Source: Tetramitus jugosus
Taxonomy: Eukaryota; Protista; Heterolobosea
Direction: 5' to 3'
Assembly: GCA_937625935.1 (NCBI GenBank)
Contig: OW569368.1
Location: 372,001-436,000 of the forward strand
DNA: 64,000 bases
The notes beneath the pieces were generated by a model that saw only the letters and a list, made by a program, of their open reading frames with translations, was not told the DNA's origin and ran no database searches. The translations under genes and the position numbers were made by a program. Each line of letters starts with the position of its first letter. Positions within the stretch are counted from its first letter, which is position 1. Of this stretch, positions 1 through 12,016 are shown piece by piece.

Positions 1-1260
1 CATGATTGAAAAAGTGACATTCTCCAACTGGATATCATAGTAATATCGAAGAGACTTATCCCGCAAATCAGTCCATAGTCTCTGCTCTACACATTGATCT
101 TCAATATTTGTCAAGTGTTCCTTAGAAGAATGAACAAATTCTGTCCATTGTTTGCGTAATGATATCCAGTCATCACTGCTTTTATCACTCAAGCCAGCTT
201 CACTCACCTTATCCGCGAACCAATCAGACAAGTACTTGGGTTCGATTGATGAGATATCATGCATCTTTTCGTCACTCAATGTATCTGAACCATACAAACT
301 TGTTTCTTCTAGAGTCGAGCTTCCTATTTGCTCGTTTTCTTCGGCAGATAAATGAAGTTGGATGTCGTAGTTGTAAGTTTCAAGCTCAACTCTCTCTTTG
401 ACCTCGTCAAAATAATTGATTGAGACACCGAGTGGTGGGAACAACATTTCTCTCAATGAATCATCCAAGTCACTCCACTGCATTCGCAATTGATCCTCAG
501 TAAACATCAAATCATCCTTGGCCAATCGCTCCATGGCTCTACTTAAATAATCATACCTTAATTTCATTTCCTCCTCTTCTGCTTGTGGGTGATCAGAAGT
601 CTTTTCATTACTTTCATTCACCAACGACAAGAAATCATCCAACTCTTTGACCTTCACATAGCCATCGTTACTCCTAATAGAGCTACTAGAATGTAACTTC
701 CTAGTGTGACTTGGCTTTTGTCTCTTCTCTTTTGCCAAGCTCTTCTTTTGAATTGATTGCCTGGCCTTGTTGTTCTCGTCGCTCTCCGTTTCTTGATGAT
801 CGGATAATGATAACAATTGTCTCATGTACTCTAACTCTAACGCTTGAATCTCCTCTGCTTGTTCTCTCAAGTACACCATATTGTATTCATCCACTTCTCT
901 TTTTAACGAATTTCCATGGCCATTACACTCCGAACAGACTTCAATCAAGGAGTGAACCACTTGGAAACGCAAGATGACTGGATCACAGGGAACCATGGAG
1001 TAACACTTGAGCAAGGACAACAACTTAAACCTCCATTCCTCATGAATACTCTCCATGGAGTGAATCATTGCATTTGACTCCTGAGCTAACAGAGAATCAA
1101 GTGCATAAAGAAGGTGAGAACCATTGGCTCGATCAATGACACACGGATCAAACAAATCATCATTTTGACCATGAGCTATGATTTCATCTTTTTGAGCTTT
1201 TGTTGTCATCTGTTGTTGCTCCGTTTGTTGATCTCGTTGTTGCCCTTTGGTTCGCATCAT
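1..1260 (-). CDS. Uncharacterised protein, 5' part (runs off the window edge)
   Basis: Manual translation from ATG at 1260 (MMRTKGQQRDQ...) is open for 420 codons to position 1. It is absent from the ORF track because the stop lies outside the window. Acidic, helical composition; no family recognised. Confidence 0.75.
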   Translation of the reverse strand, partial: MMRTKGQQRDQQTEQQQMTTKAQKDEIIAHGQNDDLFDPCVIDRANGSHLLYALDSLLAQESNAMIHSMESIHEEWRFKLLSLLKCYSMVPCDPVILRFQVVHSLIEVCSECNGHGNSLKREVDEYNMVYLREQAEEIQALELEYMRQLLSLSDHQETESDENNKARQSIQKKSLAKEKRQKPSHTRKLHSSSSIRSNDGYVKVKELDDFLSLVNESNEKTSDHPQAEEEEMKLRYDYLSRAMERLAKDDLMFTEDQLRMQWSDLDDSLREMLFPPLGVSINYFDEVKERVELETYNYDIQLHLSAEENEQIGSSTLEETSLYGSDTLSDEKMHDISSIEPKYLSDWFADKVSEAGLSDKSSDDWISLRKQWTEFVHSSKEHLTNIEDQCVEQRLWTDLRDKSLRYYYDIQLENVTFSIM

Positions 1261-1593
1261 TTTTTTTCACATGACTTTTTGTTTGAATTGAAGACATGAC
1301 TCTAATGGATGTTGATGAACTTCCAAACTATCAGTCTCGTTGTTATTGACAGACGGCTTACCAAATTGAAATTTAACTACCCATGACAGGTCAAATGGCA
1401 CAAAAAAACTTGTCATGGTTGGCGACTCCTAGCATGAGTGGCCAAAAAAAGTGAAGGAGAGATGTCATTTGACGTGGAGCGTCGTTTTTGAGATGAGGCT
1501 TTCCGACCCTAGTGAAAATAGACAGACCATTATCTATTACGATCAAATGATGACTGCACATTTTTGCTTTGGAATTGCAAAGTTAAATTGCGC

Positions 1594-3393
1594 ATGCTAT
1601 CCTCAAGCTGGACCACCACAAATCCAATGAACAAGTTAAACCCTAGTATAGCTATGCATCTTCGCCTTCTCTTTCAAGTTGTGATGGTGTTTGCAGTGAT
1701 CACTTTCCTATTCCTATTCTTCTATCTCCCTGACTTGTCGCTTCGAAAGGCCAGCGTTGTCAAGGAGCAAGTAGGAATTTCAACCACTCCAGCTCCAGCA
1801 CAAGAGTTGAAAGAACAAGCACTTCCAATTCCAATTCCTCTTGCAGATGATCCAACAATCATATTCACGAAGGAATGTTCAAAGGGTGTTGTTATCTGGT
1901 CTGATGGTTCAGAGCACAATGCAGTGCTCTCAATCGACCATCGCTTAAACTACGATATGAATCATCCATTCCCTAGCTATTGTGTTTGCCCTCAAGGATA
2001 CGATCCAGCTCAATGTAAACCAACACGTGTACTTGCTCACACACCCAAAGTCAAGTATGCCAAACGCAGAATGTTTCGTTGGTCAAGATATCCCTTCAGT
2101 TACATGGATAAAATCAAGTATACCAAACAATATAATGACATTGTGAACCGATACCTTCAATCAAGGACTGTTCCAAGTGTGGCTCATCCAATGGCCCTAC
2201 CTCCAAAACCAAGGGCTGACCAGGTTCAGCAGTTGAAACCCTCAGCCGAGAACTTTGAAAGCTTATTCAACTCGAGAGTCGATAAGTTTTTCCTAGATTT
2301 AACCTTGAACAATAGAATGTGGGATCATGACGATAGAGTCACTATTAGTTTGCTGTTGAAATGGAACCAAAAGGTGTTCGGTAAAAAGATTGATGCAGAT
2401 TCACCAGAACGCGTGAAACGGTACTTTAGTGGTTCTGATATTGTCTTGGGTCGATCACTGTACACATACATGTTCAGTAAGTGCCCTTGCGTTGAAATGA
2501 TGAAAAATATTATCTCTGCCACATATTCACCTCACCATTACTATGTGGTGTTCATGGCGCACAATATGGAAGAGTGTTGGGATGAGATCGAACAATTTGT
2601 CAACCAGATCCGCACTAATTTCAAGGCTACCAACATTGTAGTGGTTCCTAAGCACTATTCTTTCACCACAAAGTGGGCTTCTATGTCATTGGTTCATATG
2701 AACTTCGTAGCTGTAGCGTATGCCTATCTAAATGGTATGGTCGACTGGAGTCATGAAATTAATCTATCGGAATCAAACTTCCCGCTGAGTACTCCAGAAC
2801 AGCTCTCGAACTTTTTGAGAATTAATCACTCCATCTATACTAACTTTGTAGATGATGAATACCATAATATTGGAAGACATACCTTTGTTAATCTTGGTAA
2901 TATTGTGTTAAATCTTAAGAATGAGTTGGATGAGGATATTTATGCAGTATCTGGAGGCTCACAGTGGAAAGTGGCCACCAATTTGCTGTGGCGACATATC
3001 ATGGGATCGGTCGTTGGAGTGAAGGGATTACTTGCTGCCAAATTCTCGAACATACCTGATGAGTGGTTCATGCAAACAATGACAGGAACTTTCATGAGAT
3101 TTTCAAAGCAAAGCAGCGAAATCGATCTAGTGGATCTGTCTACTGCTGTCCCTCCTCCTCTATTCATCCACATTCCAAACAGCTTAGTCTGGGTCAGTTG
3201 GAAAAACGTGAGAGGTGGATCGCCCAATACGGTGAAGAACCAGTATTTTAACGAAGTCATCAACTTGCGCAAAAATGGCCAAATCTTCTTTTGCAGAAAG
3301 GTAGTTGATCCTGACATTGCTCGCAAGCTTGCAAAGACCGTGGGATTCTCCTACCAGGTACCACCATCTCCAACAGCAGTCACTGAATTGTAA
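1594..3393 (+). CDS. Glycosyltransferase family 14 (core-2/I-branching or xylosyltransferase-like), type II membrane protein
   Basis: N-terminal TM anchor, then motifs KWASMSLV, INLSESNFPL, GGSQW, IPDEWFMQT and FFCRKV typical of GT14/Branch proteins. Start may be ATG 1594 or 1627. Confidence 0.75.
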   Translation: MLSSSWTTTNPMNKLNPSIAMHLRLLFQVVMVFAVITFLFLFFYLPDLSLRKASVVKEQVGISTTPAPAQELKEQALPIPIPLADDPTIIFTKECSKGVVIWSDGSEHNAVLSIDHRLNYDMNHPFPSYCVCPQGYDPAQCKPTRVLAHTPKVKYAKRRMFRWSRYPFSYMDKIKYTKQYNDIVNRYLQSRTVPSVAHPMALPPKPRADQVQQLKPSAENFESLFNSRVDKFFLDLTLNNRMWDHDDRVTISLLLKWNQKVFGKKIDADSPERVKRYFSGSDIVLGRSLYTYMFSKCPCVEMMKNIISATYSPHHYYVVFMAHNMEECWDEIEQFVNQIRTNFKATNIVVVPKHYSFTTKWASMSLVHMNFVAVAYAYLNGMVDWSHEINLSESNFPLSTPEQLSNFLRINHSIYTNFVDDEYHNIGRHTFVNLGNIVLNLKNELDEDIYAVSGGSQWKVATNLLWRHIMGSVVGVKGLLAAKFSNIPDEWFMQTMTGTFMRFSKQSSEIDLVDLSTAVPPPLFIHIPNSLVWVSWKNVRGGSPNTVKNQYFNEVINLRKNGQIFFCRKVVDPDIARKLAKTVGFSYQVPPSPTAVTEL

Positions 3394-3611
3394 TTTTGAA
3401 CCTATCACTCATGCATCTATCACACTTGTAATCTAAGTCGTAAATTTGTACAATATACAACCAACCTTGTTATCCTGATTCTCATCATCACTCAGCAATG
3501 TCATCCTTACGTTCTCTTTTTCTATTCTCCGCCACATCGAATTCAAAAACCAATCCCAATCTGGAGATCGTTGTAACAAACAACAACAAGAGCAACAATT
3601 GAAAAAACAAG

Positions 3612-4859
3612 ATGAAGTTATCCTCGCGCATGTACAACACTGATATGCCCATGATCGGCAAAGTTGGAGAGTTAATCCGTTCGGTCAAAGCAGAACAAGG
3701 CAATGTTTCAATTGACACGCTTGTGCAAGGAGTTGTCCACTGGGGACCACCAAAATCTGCCACTGCTGCACTCGTTCAAGAAGCGCCACAGAACCCTGAC
3801 ATTCATCGCTACTGTGAACATGACTTTGGAACTTTTGTTCTCCGCTCTGCTCTGTTGGAGAAACTTGAGACGGAGAATTATTTGAAGGAACATTCGGTTA
3901 TTGTAACGGCTGGAGCCAACCAAGGATTTGCTTCGATTGTCAATGCATGTTGTGATCCAGATGATGAAGCAGTGATATTTGCTCCCTATTACTTTAATCA
4001 TATGATGGCACTTCAAATGTCTAATGTCAAGCCCTTGATTGTGCAGACTCGAGTAGAAAATGGTTATTTGCCAGTGAAGGAGGACTTTGATGTGTTGCAA
4101 GAACAGATTGATGCTGGCCAGAGAAAAATTAGAATGATCGTCGTCTGTAATCCATGTAATCCCACTGGTGCTGTTTTCCCTGAGAGTCTGTTGGAGCGAA
4201 TCTCTCAATTTTGTCGCAAGAATCACATATGGATGATTTGTGATGAGACGTATGAATACTTTGTATTCAATGATGATGAAGGTGCAACAGAGAATAAGCA
4301 CTATACTCCTGTAGGATCGCACATTATTCACTTGTACTCATTCTCCAAGGCATACGGATTAATGGGTTGGAGAGTTGGATACATTGCTTTTGATGCCATG
4401 GAAAATCCAGACCTAACTGTGCACTTGCACAAGTTCCAAGACACTGTACCAATCTCTTGTGGCGTCCCCTCTCAATTCATGGCTCTAATGGCCCTAAAGG
4501 AAGGAAAGCCATATGCTATGAGTCAAATCAATACTCTGATCAAGAATAGAGAGTATGTGTGGGAAGTCATGAAGCACTATCCAAACACTGTGAAAACTTT
4601 TGGTGCCATGTACTTGTTTGCTCAATTTCCAAACTTTGTAGGTCGTGAGGATGTAACAGTAGAGGAAGAGTGGAAAGTCATCCAATGGTTAGTTAGAAAG
4701 CACAGAGTCGCTGTCCTGCCTGGGTCTGCATTTGGTGTGAACGGATACTTTAGAGTTTCATATGCCAACTTGAGCAACGAACAATGCAAGAAAGCTGCAG
4801 AGAGTATGTCCAGAGCTCTGCAAGAACTGGCGTCTGGAAATTTTGATCTTGACTCTTGA
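3612..4859 (+). CDS. Class I/II PLP aminotransferase, ISS1/VAS1-like aromatic aminotransferase
   Basis: TDMP..QGVVHWGPP N-terminus, VTAGANQ, NPCNPTG, DETY, and SFSKAYGLMGWRVG carrying the PLP lysine. Confidence 0.9.
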   Translation: MKLSSRMYNTDMPMIGKVGELIRSVKAEQGNVSIDTLVQGVVHWGPPKSATAALVQEAPQNPDIHRYCEHDFGTFVLRSALLEKLETENYLKEHSVIVTAGANQGFASIVNACCDPDDEAVIFAPYYFNHMMALQMSNVKPLIVQTRVENGYLPVKEDFDVLQEQIDAGQRKIRMIVVCNPCNPTGAVFPESLLERISQFCRKNHIWMICDETYEYFVFNDDEGATENKHYTPVGSHIIHLYSFSKAYGLMGWRVGYIAFDAMENPDLTVHLHKFQDTVPISCGVPSQFMALMALKEGKPYAMSQINTLIKNREYVWEVMKHYPNTVKTFGAMYLFAQFPNFVGREDVTVEEEWKVIQWLVRKHRVAVLPGSAFGVNGYFRVSYANLSNEQCKKAAESMSRALQELASGNFDLDS

Positions 4860-5332
4860 GCACTACTGCTTGTCTCGTGTCTTTACTGTAAAGTTTTGGA
4901 GATCCGAATCCTCGACTCGCGCTTATCTTTGATGGAGATGCTGTCCACGTTTAGATGAACATGTCGTGTGTTGAAAAGAACAGTTAGAACAAGGGGTACC
5001 CTTTTGCGGCAAAAAATAATATTATATTTTATGTTGTTGTTGTGATACTGAGTCAACTGTTGTTTGCATCGATGTCAGTTACTGAGGCGCACAACATGAT
5101 CATTCCATGCATCACCACACATGAACTCATTCATGCACATTTAATGCACACAAAACAAGATCTTTGCTGTGGGATAATGTGTGTGAATGATGCTTGTTGT
5201 TGCGCGATTCATTCATGAGAAGGGGGAAGGAGGGGAAAGTCACATTGTGTGAGGAGAGAAAATAGAAGGGAAGAGAACGAACACAAAGGTTCTGTCTATA
5301 CATCAAAGTGGAGAGAATGGAAAAACAAGAGC

Positions 5333-6140
5333 TTAGCATGCACATCCCTTTCCGCCACCATTCTCCTGTTGTGCTTGAGTCTCAGACTTCTTATCACCAA
5401 TGATAATGGTACCAGTGCCAGTGGTTGATGGCATGGTTGGCACAGGAACACTTCCGTCAGTCAAACTTCCAGTTCCATTCGTGTTCTTTCCCTTCTTTTG
5501 TGCCTTGTAAATTTCCTTCAACAAGGAAGTGAAAGCCAACTCAACATTGGTGTTGTTGGCAGCAGATGTCTCCAAAAAGCTGACATTGTGTTTTTCAGCC
5601 AATTTACGTGCTTCTTCAGTGTCAACTTGTCTCAAATGAGCCAAATCACACTTGTTTCCAATCAAAATGTTGATGCAACCATTTTCACCTTGATTTTCAA
5701 TTTCTTTGAACCACTTGCTCAAATTTTGAAAAGTCTCCGCATTTGTAATGTCATAACAGATGAGAGCACCATTGGCACCTCTATAGTAAGCAGCAGAGAT
5801 GGCTCTGAAACGCTCTTGACCTGCTGTATCCCAAATTTGACCCTTGATTGTTATTCCTTCGTGTTCAATAGACTTTGCTCCAAACTCGACACCAATGGTT
5901 GGCTTGGAGTCCTTTGTGAAACGATCTTGGGTGAAACGAGTAATCAAATTACTCTTACCGACGCCTGAATCGCCAATGACAACAACTATAGTGCAAAAAA
6001 AAATTATTTGAAATGGTTAGCTAACAATGAATTGTTTTTGTTGTTGGCGTGCACAGAAAGCTTTTTGGTAACGGGAAGAAAAAAGCTTTTTTGTATGATA
6101 ATGTTGTTATTTTACCTTTGTATAGCACGTCACAGTCCAT
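5333..6140 (-). CDS. RAB11: Rab11 family GTPase (2 exons; intron 5986-6115)
   Basis: Spliced MDCDVLYK|VVVIGDSGVGKSNL; TIGVEF, WDTAGQERFRAI, GNKCDL, ETSA; C-terminal CAC prenylation motif. Confidence 0.93.
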
Positions 6141-6665
6141 TTTGCTGAAAATAGGTTATATGTATGATTTGTTGGTGGGTGGGGTTTTGTTTGTTTTTTG
6201 TTGTGTTTTGTGGCTCGCTGTTGTTTTCGTGGGGGAGTATTGGTGGTCCTCTCTGTCAATGAGCTGTTATTGTTTTCTGCTGTCTTGCCTCTTCTCCGCT
6301 GCTGCGAGAGAGCGTTTTTAGAGCATCACTGTCTGTTCGACCGTTTGGATTCCCAAGAATCTCAGCCAGTTTACAAAAATTGAATGCAGTTCCAGGAACC
6401 AACAAAAGCTCAATGCAGGTTCGCGTCTGCCACTTCCTTTGGCTGCAACTCTGACAGCACCAAACCAAAATAGTCGGGCAAGCCGAGCAACTTGTGCAAA
6501 GAGTTTCAGGCTACAGCCCGTTGGTTCTCTGTAAAGAAAATATCTTGGTCGGAGAAATCTCATCGTGAATTTTAGGAAAATTATCGGTGATAATTCATTT
6601 TCCCTCCAATTTTCATTGAACCTCTGATCTCAACACAAACAAAGAAAAAGCTCATCAAACGAAAA

Positions 6666-7777
6666 ATGACAACAACAACAACTGATCGCGTAATTCAGAA
6701 TGAACGACAACACATTCAATCCATGAACGAAAATGAAATTGCCAAAGCTCGTGTCCAATTCAATCCCAGTACATGGGGAAAGCTCAGCACATCATTCATG
6801 GACTTTAATCATCCTGATCATGAAGAAGAGTATGTTTCCACTTTACCAACACAAACAAAAAATATCATTATTCATTATTCTCACTCGTTTCGTTCTCTGA
6901 CAATACCAACAACAACAACAATAACAACATAACACTCACAAAAATGTCAAATTCGCATTCACGCCTGCTGCGCAGTGATGAGGAACAATATGAAAAACTC
7001 ATGTATTTCCTGTCAGAGTACGAACTAGGTTGCAATCAAAAATTAGAGTCCACCAATGCAACTACAGAAAAGGACACTGCAGTGCTCGAACAACACATTG
7101 AAGAGTTAGAGTCCATTCTCTCCAAACAACAAAATCAATTGATTGTCTTACAGAATAATCTACTCAAAGAACAAATGCACTTGAAGAATAGAAAAGAGTA
7201 CGATACATTGGCAGGTGTCATTCTGCAGTACGAAGACAGAACAGCGCAGAACCATACATGTGAACAAATGAAGCAGCAATTGGAAGAATTGAATAGAGAG
7301 AATAATCGATTGATTGAGTTGATTGAGTTGAGACATAAGCAATTTGCTCTTTTGATGCACACGATTGATGAGTTGCAAGTGACTCTGGAGGAGGATGACC
7401 CAATGAGATTGAATTTGGTTGTACCGGTGACTCAACAACCTCAGTATCTACCTCATTTGACAGAGAGGAAACAAGCGACGCCGTCTTCACCACCACCACC
7501 ACCTTCATCACAAGCTGTTGATGCTGTTGTTGGTGTTGCTGAAACTGTTGCTCCATTGTCAGAATTGTCTCCCATGATTGATTCCAATGTGTCATCTGCG
7601 AATGCAAGTGATATTTCAACAGCAACAACAGCAACAACAATAATAACTTCTTCAGTCATAACAACCGAGTCAAATGGAACAACAATGTCGACAGCAGTGA
7701 TGACATCTGACGAAGAAATAACAACAATGACTACATCGAGTAACGAGTCAGAAAAGATGGACATTGACACTGTTTAA
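6666..7777 (+). CDS. THOC7: THO complex subunit 7 (Mft1/THOC7)-like (intron 6830-6975)
   Basis: KNRKEYDTLAGVI and ELRHKQFALLMHTIDELQVTLE match THOC7 motifs. A GT-AG intron joins ORFs 6666 and 6944 in frame. S/T-rich tail. Confidence 0.8.
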
Positions 7778-7846
7778 CAAAAAGTTTTGTTTCATGTGGT
7801 GATAATTAGTTTTATTTTGTTTGATGATTGTTGTTGTGCATCGTAG

Positions 7847-9821
7847 TTAGAAGGGAAGTTTATCCTGGCCACCCATGACGAGTCTCAACACAGTGTACAC
7901 GAAGTCATATGCAACAGCAAACATGAAATATGCTCCAACAATCCAGATGGCAGGTTGAACAAACCATGAAGGCAGAGTAACTGAGAGCTGATAGCCCTTG
8001 GAATTGATTGCTTTTCTGGAAACGAACAACATGAATGCTACAAAGAATCCAGACTCCAAATTCAAGGCACACGATGTGAACACTTCTAAAAACATAAAGA
8101 ATGCATGATAGTTGACCTGGGCAAACAACCATACGAGTCCAAACGTGACAACATACAGTGAAATTTGCATAAAAATATCCAAAAACTTCGTTTGATCAAA
8201 TCTTCGAATCTTGTCAAAGGGCGTCTTGATCATTAGCATATACTTTAGCACTCGGCTATTGCCTTCCTCTGATGCAGCAGTGTGCCATGCGTGGAAAGTC
8301 TTCACATAACCATCCAACATGTGCTTCATACCAGAGGACATTGTGACATATGATACAGTGACACTTAATGTGACAAATGCACTCACTAACTTTGCCATCC
8401 ATGCGTATTGAGGGTGATCCTTTTCAATGATGTTAATCACAGGTCCAGTAGAAATCTGACCCAACTTCTTTGCTGCCTCCAATGAATTGGTTTCACCCTT
8501 TTGTGGCACAATTTGTAGAACAAAGTAGCACCACAGTACGTTGAGGGCATAACAGATGAATAGTGCAAGGCAGGAGGAGATTTGAATCACTAAAATGTTT
8601 CTTCTCGTTGGTTTCATCTTGGCATAGATTACAGGCAAAGTGTTCATTGCACCTCCTAATGCGACAGTACCAATCAAGAATGGACGTCCAATATATTGCC
8701 ATGAATTTGTTGATTGGACGTTAATTTGACCTGCTGCATATCCAACGAGCATAACCATAACGACAAGCATTGTTCCCTTGATCAAAGTGAATCCAGTAAT
8801 GATGTATTGCATGAAATGATGACCCAGAACGACAACCAATGTACAAATCAATACAAATGGAGTAATCAAGTACATAAACTTGTCACTAATGTTAAACAGC
8901 TGTGCATATGCTTCAGTACCAGCTAAACTATAAGACACGAGAATAGAGACAAAGTGCAGCATGACAGATGCTTCAAAAATGATTTGTAATGGTCTATTCA
9001 AGAAGAATTTTGCCATTGTATGCAAATCAGGGCCTATATAGCTAATATTTCGTATCACTCATGACATCAAAACTCCAACAAATTCCAAAAGACACAAAAT
9101 GAAAATGTGAGACATACCGTGAGATAACAACTTTGATTCTACAGCAGTATTGCTTGGATTCGCCTCTTGTGCATCCTCTCTCTGTGATGCTTCAGTTTCC
9201 AAACCAGAGTAATCCTCTTGTTCACCTTCATTCGTCTTGTTGCTATTATCCATGAGTGCTTGTGTTCTCTGCAATAACTCAATCATGAACAACATGATGA
9301 CTGTTTGAGCAATCCAACATGTAGTAATAGTGATTACAAACGGAGCAAATCCAGTCTCACCAACATTCACCGGTAGAGCCAAAATTCCCGTGCCCTATAC
9401 ATACATACAACATAAGTGTCAGAGTCAAGACTTTGCATCGAAAAAAACTGTAGCGGCCAAAATGGCGGCAACCACATCGCGCCAAAAATTCTTAAAATGA
9501 TCATACCAGCACAGTAGCAACCACAACAAAAAATACAGCTAAGGCAATCCAAACGGTTTGTATCCAACTCTCGCCATCGGCAGAGCCACCACCAAAACGT
9601 CCACCCAAAATAGACAATGAGCTATTCCTTGCATTCAACTGATTGTTATTTGCGTTAGCTTCCTCATCTTGATCAAAATAATGATCATTGTTCTCTGTGC
9701 GACTCAAATCCTTGCTAGGTGACATTTCAATGTCTTCGTGGTCATCGAACGTGTACTTTGCATATTCGTCGTATTCACTCGTATCAACTTCTTGATTCTT
9801 GTTGTCGTTTGTTGGCTCCAT
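7847..9821 (-). CDS. Amino-acid permease (Trp/Tyr permease or AAAP-like), about 11 TM (introns 9395-9506 and 9034-9117)
   Basis: Splicing restores ATVL|GTGILALPV, the TM1 signature of HAAAP/AAAP permeases; many hydrophobic helices. Confidence 0.8.
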
Positions 9822-10087
9822 TATTGCTGTTGTTGTTTTTGTTGTTTGATGATGAGTTAAATATAAAATGTTTGGTTTATCCAATCGTGTTTTTAACTGG
9901 GATCTGATTCTTGAAGAATTCAGCGTTCGCTCGCCCGACATCGTGTTCCCACCAAAAACTCCACTTCCTTCTGCTTTCGTGTTCGGGGGTTCACACTTGG
10001 TGAAGCTTCAATCATTTCATTGTTCAACAATTCTCCCTCAAACAAGAGTTCATTGAACAAAACACAACAAGCTGAGCAAAACAAACA

Positions 10088-11821
10088 ATGAACGATCAAC
10101 AACCACCCACAATCAATGATGAAACAATCACACAGTCTAACGAACAAAATCATACATTCACCAATTCTGTTGAAGCTTCAACAAATGACCAGACCATCTA
10201 CGATGAAAATGGCGCGCAGGAAGAGAACAACAATAGCGACAATGAAGAAGATGAACAACCACAGAGAAAAAAGAGACGACTAGAGTGCATCACATGCTCC
10301 ATTTGCAACAAGAATGAAAGCAAGTACACTTGTCCAGGATGTCGTCTTCCCTACTGTAGCTTTCCCTGTTTTTCCTCTCATAAAACACAACATAGTTGCA
10401 CGGGTAGACGTGACAAGACTGCATTTGTCAGTTTGGATCAATTCTCTGACAAGAACATGCAGAGTGATTATCATTTTCTAGAAGATGCAAAAGATAAGAA
10501 GTTTAGCTCTCGGAGAATTCGTACGTTGAATCACGTGGACAATCACGAGTTTCAATATCATCCACCTCATGTCAAATTCCTTCAACAAAAGGCAACTCAG
10601 AAGGGAATTCATTTGTCTGTGATGCCAGAGGGAATGAGTAAGCGCAAGTGTAATACGACACGTTTTATCAATCGAGAAAATCAGTTCTTGTGGCACGTTG
10701 CACTCTTGTTTGATCAAGTCAGGATTAGTGATCATAACGAGCAGTTGACAACAACTGAGGAAAATGAAGCAAACAAGACTCTGGCACCACTTATGGTGAC
10801 ACAGAATGGAGTTTCAGAGAGAAAAGTGCTATTTGATGTGATACGGAGAGCTCTGGATAGAAACATGGAGGGTAGTGATCCAGTGATTCGAAATCGATTG
10901 CAAAAGTATGTGTATTGGTATGAGCAAGCACTGAGGAATCGACCCGAATGGAACAATATAACAGTTGAAGCACAACAAAAGCAGCAACAAGAGAGCTCGA
11001 TGACCTCGAATATTCGCAAGACAGATGAAAAGGAACAGAAAGCGAATGAAACGAACAAAAAAGAACAAGAGAAGGAAGCTGTAGCGGTCAATCAAGTCGA
11101 AAACAACAGCAATGCATCACTTAGTAATGAAGCTACGACGCAAGAAGCCGATGCGAAATCAACAGAAACCGATGATACAACTCAGAAGTCTTCTCTTGAC
11201 GGATCCGAGTCCGTCAAAGAAGCAGAGGAGGTGTCGACTGTTGATTCCTCTTCTGGTGCGGGACCACAAAGTATTTTCGATGAAAAGATTATAAAGTACG
11301 ATCCAGAATTGCCCATGGATCAGGTGCCATTCTGCTGTTTCCTTCGGGTAGCAGATTTGCCAAGTAATCAAACCTTTTATTACAGATTGGACTTGACGAG
11401 GACATTGCACGAGAATTTGATGGGCAAAGTTGTGCTCGAGTATCCAGAATTGCACATTTCATTGCCTACATATGCTCACGAGTACACTCTGGTTACAGAG
11501 GATCAACTCATGGATATTAAGCGTAGAAGGGACGAGAAGAATGAGCTACGGAAAAAGCGAAAGGAGGAATACGAACAGAAACAAGCAAGATATCAACAAA
11601 GATTCAACAAGGATACTGAATCAGGCGAAGCGTCAACAACGACAACTTCAACCACAGATGCACAGCAGTCATCATCTCATCATGGCAACCAACCATACAG
11701 TAATAGAGGTGGCGGTCGAGGAAGAGGAAGAGGCAATTTCAGGGGTGGTCGAGGAAGCCATTATTCCTCGAGGGGAGGTGGCTATCATTCACAGCACCAC
11801 AGACAGCGAACGCAACAATAA
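10088..11821 (+). CDS. BCD1: Box C/D snoRNP assembly factor BCD1/ZNHIT6 (zf-HIT)
   Basis: zf-HIT CSIC..YTCPGC..YCSFPC..H...C, followed by TGRRDKTAFV, SDYHFLED, MPEGMSKRK and L.ENL.GKVVLEYP. Confidence 0.88.
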   Translation: MNDQQPPTINDETITQSNEQNHTFTNSVEASTNDQTIYDENGAQEENNNSDNEEDEQPQRKKRRLECITCSICNKNESKYTCPGCRLPYCSFPCFSSHKTQHSCTGRRDKTAFVSLDQFSDKNMQSDYHFLEDAKDKKFSSRRIRTLNHVDNHEFQYHPPHVKFLQQKATQKGIHLSVMPEGMSKRKCNTTRFINRENQFLWHVALLFDQVRISDHNEQLTTTEENEANKTLAPLMVTQNGVSERKVLFDVIRRALDRNMEGSDPVIRNRLQKYVYWYEQALRNRPEWNNITVEAQQKQQQESSMTSNIRKTDEKEQKANETNKKEQEKEAVAVNQVENNSNASLSNEATTQEADAKSTETDDTTQKSSLDGSESVKEAEEVSTVDSSSGAGPQSIFDEKIIKYDPELPMDQVPFCCFLRVADLPSNQTFYYRLDLTRTLHENLMGKVVLEYPELHISLPTYAHEYTLVTEDQLMDIKRRRDEKNELRKKRKEEYEQKQARYQQRFNKDTESGEASTTTTSTTDAQQSSSHHGNQPYSNRGGGRGRGRGNFRGGRGSHYSSRGGGYHSQHHRQRTQQ

Positions 11822-12016
11822 ATCAACAATCGCCCGCAACATGGTATTCAGCTCGTCGCATCGGGCTTTTATTTCTTTACAACACAATGACGTTTGACAC
11901 AAGTGGAAATAACGACAGACCGACAAAGAAAAAACTTCTTTAGGTGGTGTTGCTCGCCACACAAACAAAAAACAGAGAAAAACTGAAAGAAACAACAACA
12001 ACAAACAAACAAAAAG

